DNA of 11,148 nt from Myxococcota bacterium. Its GTDB lineage: Bacteria; Myxococcota; SpSt-1050. This document shows positions 7,301 through 11,148 of this stretch, one piece after another. The notes below the pieces were generated by a model. It searched no databases. It was not told the DNA's origin and saw only the letters and a program-made list of their open reading frames with translations. The stretch spans positions 1 to 11,148 of the forward strand of contig JBMFOP010000097.1 of assembly GCA_049969675.1 (NCBI GenBank), in the 5' to 3' direction. Every line of letters starts with the position of its first letter. Position 1 is the first letter of the stretch. The position numbers and the translations under genes were made by a program.

Positions 7301-7433
7301 AGGGTAAAGAGACATCCTTCTTAATTATGTATGGGCTATTCCCATTAAAATACATAAGGCTTATCTCTTCTGCAAGTAGGGGATTTGAGAAGATTGAACA
7401 GACAAATATTATAGATAATATAACATTTCTCAT
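4350..7433 (-). CDS. Secreted multidomain N-acetylmuramoyl-L-alanine amidase (Amidase_3). Accessory parts: GerMN-like N-terminus, inserted golvesin/CBM-like domain, FN3, alpha/beta domain, Cys-rich repeats and GCGC tail
   Basis: Signal peptide present. Zn and catalytic motifs are LSGKRIVISPGHG, IEDL, ADLYVSVHTNA, GTETY and PSALTELAFHD. The FN3-like segment is PEPPQ…LRVRWASVEGATGYRVYLS. The C-terminus is SDSSGCGCTAIE. GAGGAG RBS upstream. Confidence 0.88.
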   Translation of the reverse strand: MRNVILSIIFVCSIFSNPLLAEEISLMYFNGNSPYIIKKDVSLPSDSPGKAKVILNLLLKSNKDVKGIRSYIPEDASLYDLSIENKTINIILKTEKLPPATEVVQYDEMQRQIINTLSEHLKMIEVYNLKFYTGGNIISVDEAVRSDRKIKVRESDGCNILKLNSRDAPDGTLSGKRIVISPGHGFYYNESLGWITQRDNINGLIEDLLTADICNNWIIPYLERAGAHVISVRERDFSNQEFIMDNSSPEGYIESGKFADGNSPGGYAGNYRVAETDTGGPSSIAEYTIHLPEESFFRVSIWWVPGTNRAEDTPLIVSHSGGETTFLINQKIGTPTWFYLPSFYFSDKAIIKMSNHSSKSGNYIIADAVRLGGGMGSISRGGNTSGRPRWQEAARYFIQYAGAPVSIYDALSSDNNDDVVARPKYADWAKADLYVSVHTNAYNNTSTGTETYYYNGEIYPGSNELAALIQSQIVSDIRQEYDPNWTDRGVKSANFGELRECTTMPSALTELAFHDGITNVRDNDYLHDTKFKKLMGRAVYRAIARYFNGTKPFLPEPPQEIYVESPVVGVLRVRWASVEGATGYRVYLSKDGYSFDNGTAVNTNSFELRCQTPQLLFVKVTATNEGGESLDSQILAVTIQDIRGWRPILIVNAFDRLDATVQIEMNRGSWIIPHAKALYANGYFFESATNEAFVRLVDTTQYTMIDWINGVESTKDETFSRDEQIKIIDFLSKGGSLFVSGSEIAWDLDFKGDAEDKKFFNDWIRASYSADSSGVYKVVPASESIFGGINEILFDDGTHGTYPVKYPDVVNTINNSIPELNYDQNKGIAATLYTGEYKLMYFGFPFETIYPFETQKEVMKRVATFLVGEIPESDREIEYACCNPGESICIDSNTYKQCSLSGTFSERKRCEQDKICLEGNCIDIENIDGGLIDTTIPDTSEDIMADTQTTDTIEDVLRDTGIKVCVNGDRICEGNNVKVCVKNDWYIGSVCGAGTVCINGICVAGQIIDAGTVIQSDSSGCGCTAIE

Positions 7434-7435
7434 AT

Positions 7436-7825
7436 TTATTTCTCCTCATCAAATCTCAAATTGACTGTGCTTTTGACATTGCTTTTGTATCTGGATCTCT
7501 CTGCGGGGACGAGTCTGATCTCTGTCTTTATCTCTATTACCATCTTTGACAGGATTTTCTGAATCTCACTTCTTATATCAAAGGCAGAGAGATACTGACC
7601 TATCTCTTCCTTTATAGACTCAGTGATATTCTTTCTACCCGCATTAATCTGCTGAATGATAAAATTGACAAATTCTACAGGGATATTTCTCTCAAGAAGA
7701 TACTTTCTGATCTTCTCCTCAGGGATATTGAAGGAGTTTATTACAGAATTTATGACCTTCTTCTGAGTAATATCAACTATTCTGCTTTTGGCTTGCCTGA
7801 GCCATCCTCTCTTCTCCTGTTTCAT
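7436..7825 (-). CDS. Conserved hypothetical protein, mostly helical (129 aa)
   Basis: ATGA overlap with the patatin stop and 2 bp from the amidase start. The pattern EE.IR…IP.E…IIQQ…E…I..EI..YL…D…EI.KIL….EIKTEIRLVP resembles an uncharacterised myxobacterial family (from recall). Confidence 0.8.
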   Translation of the reverse strand: MKQEKRGWLRQAKSRIVDITQKKVINSVINSFNIPEEKIRKYLLERNIPVEFVNFIIQQINAGRKNITESIKEEIGQYLSAFDIRSEIQKILSKMVIEIKTEIRLVPAERSRYKSNVKSTVNLRFDEEK

Positions 7826-8901
7826 ACCTTATCCTTTCTTATATTGAGATTTTTATATAACTTTTTATAATTCTTCTCAAGATAATTCTTTGTATCTTCG
7901 TATGCAATTTTCAATATCTCCAGACAATTTTCAAAAGAGAGCGGATTGTAGATGAACATCTTGAGCTGCGAATCCTGTGGCTCAAAGAGCGATATCTTGA
8001 GGTCGCTATACTTCAATGTATGTTTTCTTATTGCCTGCCTTAATCTATATGTAGTTGCCATTCTCATTGACTGGTTGTAGATATGAAACATCCCCATCTC
8101 ACTGATGTTTGCACAGGATATACCATCTGTAAAGAAGCACACATTTTTCCCATCATTCACAATTGGGACGATTGGATTGATGATGACAGCAGAACGGCAG
8201 TTGTGTCTAACTGCAAGACCGAGGTGGGCTACATTTGCTGTCCCACCATCTACATAATCCCTTCCATTTATTCTTACAGGTTTGAAGAATACTGGTATGG
8301 CTGAAGATGCTATAATCGCCTTTGATATGGGGACATTTTTATATGGCTCTTCACCAAATACCACTCTTTCAGCCCTGTCTATATCATTTGCAGTTATCAG
8401 GAGGCTCTTTTGAAGTTCTGTAAAATTATTTGAGAGATTTAAGTTTTCAAATGTCTTATTTAAGAATTTTTCGTATGGTTCAAGAGTGAAGATCCCGGAT
8501 GGGAGGATATTTATAAGGTTATTTACCTCTTCTGAGATGTCGATATTTTTGATGAGATTTGTATATGCATACCAGTGTTTCCTTCTGATATCTTTGATCT
8601 TAAAAAGTGTCTTTGCCCAGCCATACAGGTCAAATCTATACACCTTCTCTCTACTTATTGGGAAATATGGGTCATCTTTATTTAGTAGTGCAGAGTAGAG
8701 CCTTTCAGCCTTTATCCCCTGAGTGAGAAATGCCGCAATAGACGCCCCCGCACTCGTCCCGATATAGAGGTCAAAGTCGTTGATACTCATATAAGGCTCA
8801 ATAAACTCTTCAATCGCCTTTAAGACTCCGACCTCATAATAGGCACCAGATATACCTCCCCCACAGAGTATCAATGCCTTTCTCGGGCTATTCATCTTCA
8901 T
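7822..8901 (-). CDS. Patatin-like phospholipase family protein
   Basis: Oxyanion motif LCGGGISG, nucleophile GTSAG, ASSAIP and catalytic DGG. I placed the start at ATG 8901 (TGATG coupling with the upstream stop, AGAGG upstream) rather than TTG 8910. Confidence 0.93.
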   Translation of the reverse strand: MKMNSPRKALILCGGGISGAYYEVGVLKAIEEFIEPYMSINDFDLYIGTSAGASIAAFLTQGIKAERLYSALLNKDDPYFPISREKVYRFDLYGWAKTLFKIKDIRRKHWYAYTNLIKNIDISEEVNNLINILPSGIFTLEPYEKFLNKTFENLNLSNNFTELQKSLLITANDIDRAERVVFGEEPYKNVPISKAIIASSAIPVFFKPVRINGRDYVDGGTANVAHLGLAVRHNCRSAVIINPIVPIVNDGKNVCFFTDGISCANISEMGMFHIYNQSMRMATTYRLRQAIRKHTLKYSDLKISLFEPQDSQLKMFIYNPLSFENCLEILKIAYEDTKNYLEKNYKKLYKNLNIRKDKV

Positions 8902-10586
8902 CAATGACAACCTCTTGAAGGGGGCTCACCTAAGGAGAAGATACCCTCTTTTGATTTCTCATACTTCTTCCCAACGGGTTCCCACTTCCCACCCTTTTTG
9001 GTCATAATCTTACATCTGCCTGTGCATTCATAGGAGCTGGAGGAGTTATACTCCCATCCCAGATATTCTGAGGAGCCGGCGCCAGTGGTAGTAATCAGGA
9101 ATCTGTTTTTAAGACCACCAAAGAATTCTGCCTGTTTTTCTGGCTCTATCTCATCTCCTCCGGAGGGGTCAACAGGTATCCAGCCATAATTTGGGAGATA
9201 TATCTCAACCCACCTGTGGAATACATCGTCATAGGATGTATCATCTCCTCTGATTACAACAGAGCCAGCAAATCTTGTAGGAATCCCCGCAGCCCTGCAC
9301 ATGGCAATATACACAAAGGAATATTCGCTACAGGATCCCGAGCCCCGTTTCAGGACTGTCGGTGCAATATTCCATCCACCTGAGAGTTCATAGTACATCT
9401 TATCCTGAACATATTTGTAGATTCTCCTTGCAATCCAGTATGGATTCTTCTCATCCTGTACAGCCTCCTTTACTGCATTTTGAATAATTGGGTTATTGAT
9501 TGAGTACTTTGTGTCATCTTTGAGATATTTCTCCCTGATATCCTGTGGGATGTTTGATAACGGGGCTACAATTTCAGGGTCAATAAAATATCTGATTTCA
9601 TATATATTTGCCTTCACCTTCATCTCTGCAGAGATCTCCTCCATTGGCTTAATATTTTTGAACACAAAGTGTGCAATCTCCTGACCCCATTTATCTTTTA
9701 CACTCTCATATCTGGATGGTGTGAACTCAACCGATAATATATCCTGATTCGGTAAATCTTTTGGAATGGCAATAGATATTGTTATCTTATCAACTTTGTC
9801 GGGACCAAAATTTTTATATCTTTCTTTATATGTAATGACCTCAGTCTTTTTATTCCTTCTATACGCAGTCTTCTCAGCCTTGATATTGATTCTTGCAACT
9901 GCCATTCTCTCCATATCCAGAACAAGCAGGTCATCATTGTCAAATGCTATACCGGTCATAAAAGGTAGTTCTGGGATATGGTAGATATTTACTACATCTC
10001 CGGTCCTGACATATACCTGATATATGGAATCTGTATTTCTGTCCGTGATATAAAGATATCCATTTTTATAGACCATTCCGTACTCTTCTGTAGCCCTCCC
10101 TTTTCCAGCAGATGGCATTTGAAATGTGGAGATGGTAGTAGCATCATTAATATCAATCTTATTGATTGTCTTCTTGCTCAGGTCATTTATAAAAAGATAA
10201 CCATCTCCATATGCAATTGATAGTGGCATATCAACATCTATCTCAAGCCTCTTTATTGTCTGTTTTGTCTGAATATCCATTTTGTAGATTGCCTTATCAT
10301 CAACATCCAGAATATATAGGTATCTTCCATCTGATGTGATGGATGTCGGTTCTGTGCCCGGTGTGATTATATATTCAAGGAGAGTTTTGTTCTTTAAGTT
10401 CATTTTATAAATCATCCCTTTTTCTTTATCAATTATGAAGAGGTCATCTGCATTATTTGTGAGTGCAATCGGGGCCTTTAAATTTATCTGTATGAGTTCT
10501 TTAATACTACCCGGATAGTTTTCATCCTTTGCTGAGATTGAGATTATTATTGATAGGGTTATAAGCAGATAAGTTATTCTATTCAT
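8901..10586 (-). CDS. Secreted transglutaminase-like domain protein with an N-terminal beta-propeller
   Basis: Signal peptide present. Repeated blades PTSIT.DGRYLYILD, PLSIAYGDGYLFIND, YGMVYKNGYLYITD and TGIAFDNDDLLVLD. Triad motifs GSCSEYS (Cys) and FHRWVEIYLPNYGWIPVDP (His, Asp). GGAGGT RBS 7 nt upstream of the ATG. Confidence 0.92.
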   Translation of the reverse strand: MNRITYLLITLSIIISISAKDENYPGSIKELIQINLKAPIALTNNADDLFIIDKEKGMIYKMNLKNKTLLEYIITPGTEPTSITSDGRYLYILDVDDKAIYKMDIQTKQTIKRLEIDVDMPLSIAYGDGYLFINDLSKKTINKIDINDATTISTFQMPSAGKGRATEEYGMVYKNGYLYITDRNTDSIYQVYVRTGDVVNIYHIPELPFMTGIAFDNDDLLVLDMERMAVARINIKAEKTAYRRNKKTEVITYKERYKNFGPDKVDKITISIAIPKDLPNQDILSVEFTPSRYESVKDKWGQEIAHFVFKNIKPMEEISAEMKVKANIYEIRYFIDPEIVAPLSNIPQDIREKYLKDDTKYSINNPIIQNAVKEAVQDEKNPYWIARRIYKYVQDKMYYELSGGWNIAPTVLKRGSGSCSEYSFVYIAMCRAAGIPTRFAGSVVIRGDDTSYDDVFHRWVEIYLPNYGWIPVDPSGGDEIEPEKQAEFFGGLKNRFLITTTGAGSSEYLGWEYNSSSSYECTGRCKIMTKKGGKWEPVGKKYEKSKEGIFSLGEPPSRGCH

Positions 10587-10721
10587 ACAAAAGACCTCCG
10601 AAGTTGGGTATATAAATACAATTTATTATTCAAAAAGGCAATAATATTGATTAAAAGCGAGTATATTTGAATGGGAAAAGAGTTCAAAGTGATAAAGAGT
10701 GTGTAAAGGGATTTAGAGGTA

Positions 10722-10737
10722 TAGAGGACTTCCTCTA
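10722..10737. promoter_or_regulatory. Perfect 7-2-7 inverted repeat, candidate operator upstream of the operon
   Basis: TAGAGGA-CT-TCCTCTA about 135 bp upstream of the first gene, with an extra half-site TAGAGG at 10714-10719. Confidence 0.35.
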
Positions 10738-11148
10738 ACTCATAAAAGGTGCTTATTCTGATAGCAAAAATTGGGAGATGAACCATATTTTCTTATTTAG
10801 AACACGAAGAGGAGTAAATTTTACTTTTGTAAAAGGAATTGTAATAATAGATAAAAAATTTCAAAGATAGCAGAATAAATAATAACCTTCAAACAGATGC
10901 ATACCTGTCTAAAATAAATTTTTTATTTACATCGGGATATTAGATTGAGAAGGATTATAACTGGAGATTAAAGGTAGGGCTTGGTGGTGCTTAGAAATTA
11001 TGATTAAAGAATCTGAATATCCGTCGTCGGCTTTGGAACATTTATTAGTATTGTAACGAACACTTTGCGTCTATCCATATGTGAAAAATAGTAATTTGAA
11101 GTTAAAGATAAAGAATAGGAGTAGAGAATTTTTGAGATGTAAAGGATA

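Noticed and set aside
852..10220. Short plus-strand ORFs in the track (852, 2915, 3635, 3910, 4630, 4743, 5152, 5331, 5984, 7231, 8083, 8486, 9496, 9766, 9978)
   Set aside because: All lie antisense to well-supported genes and have shadow-like composition with no motifs.
10600..10660. Sigma70 promoter for the operon (TTGCCT-17-TATTTA on the minus strand)
   Set aside because: The -10 element lacks the conserved final T, and many equally weak matches exist in this AT-rich DNA.
10583..10786. 67-aa minus-strand ORF upstream of the operon
   Set aside because: AT-rich, low-information sequence with no motif. It overlaps the probable promoter region, although a leader peptide cannot be fully excluded.
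10813..10930. Short palindromes AGTAAA-T-TTTACT, CTTTT-GT-AAAAG, ACAG…CTGT and AATAAA…TTTATT
   Set aside because: They are short and mostly A/T, as expected by chance at this base composition.

Overview
AT-rich bacterial window (roughly mid-30s % GC by eye, not computed). It is dominated by ten tightly packed minus-strand genes (10586->705) that probably form an operon. In transcription order they encode: a secreted beta-propeller/transglutaminase-like protein, a patatin-like phospholipase, a 129-aa hypothetical protein, a 1027-aa multidomain N-acetylmuramoyl-L-alanine amidase ending in a GCGC tail, a TlpA-like CxxC lipoprotein, ExbB/TolQ, ExbD/TolR, a TIGR04552-like protein, a 166-aa conserved hypothetical protein, and FolK. 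Several of these proteins resemble Myxococcota/deltaproteobacterial families (from recall; needs HMM confirmation). The left intergenic region holds a ~236-bp inverted cluster of CCCCTCT-N-AGAGGGG-type palindromes, a 20-bp-period direct repeat and a GTAG-type REP-like hairpin. No rRNA, tRNA, CRISPR array or transposase is evident. The most interesting leads are the transmembrane-less MYXO-CTERM-like tail, the possibly degenerate RelA/SpoT-like fold in the TIGR04552-like protein next to folK, a TonB-less ExbBD pair in an envelope-remodelling operon, and the palindrome cluster.
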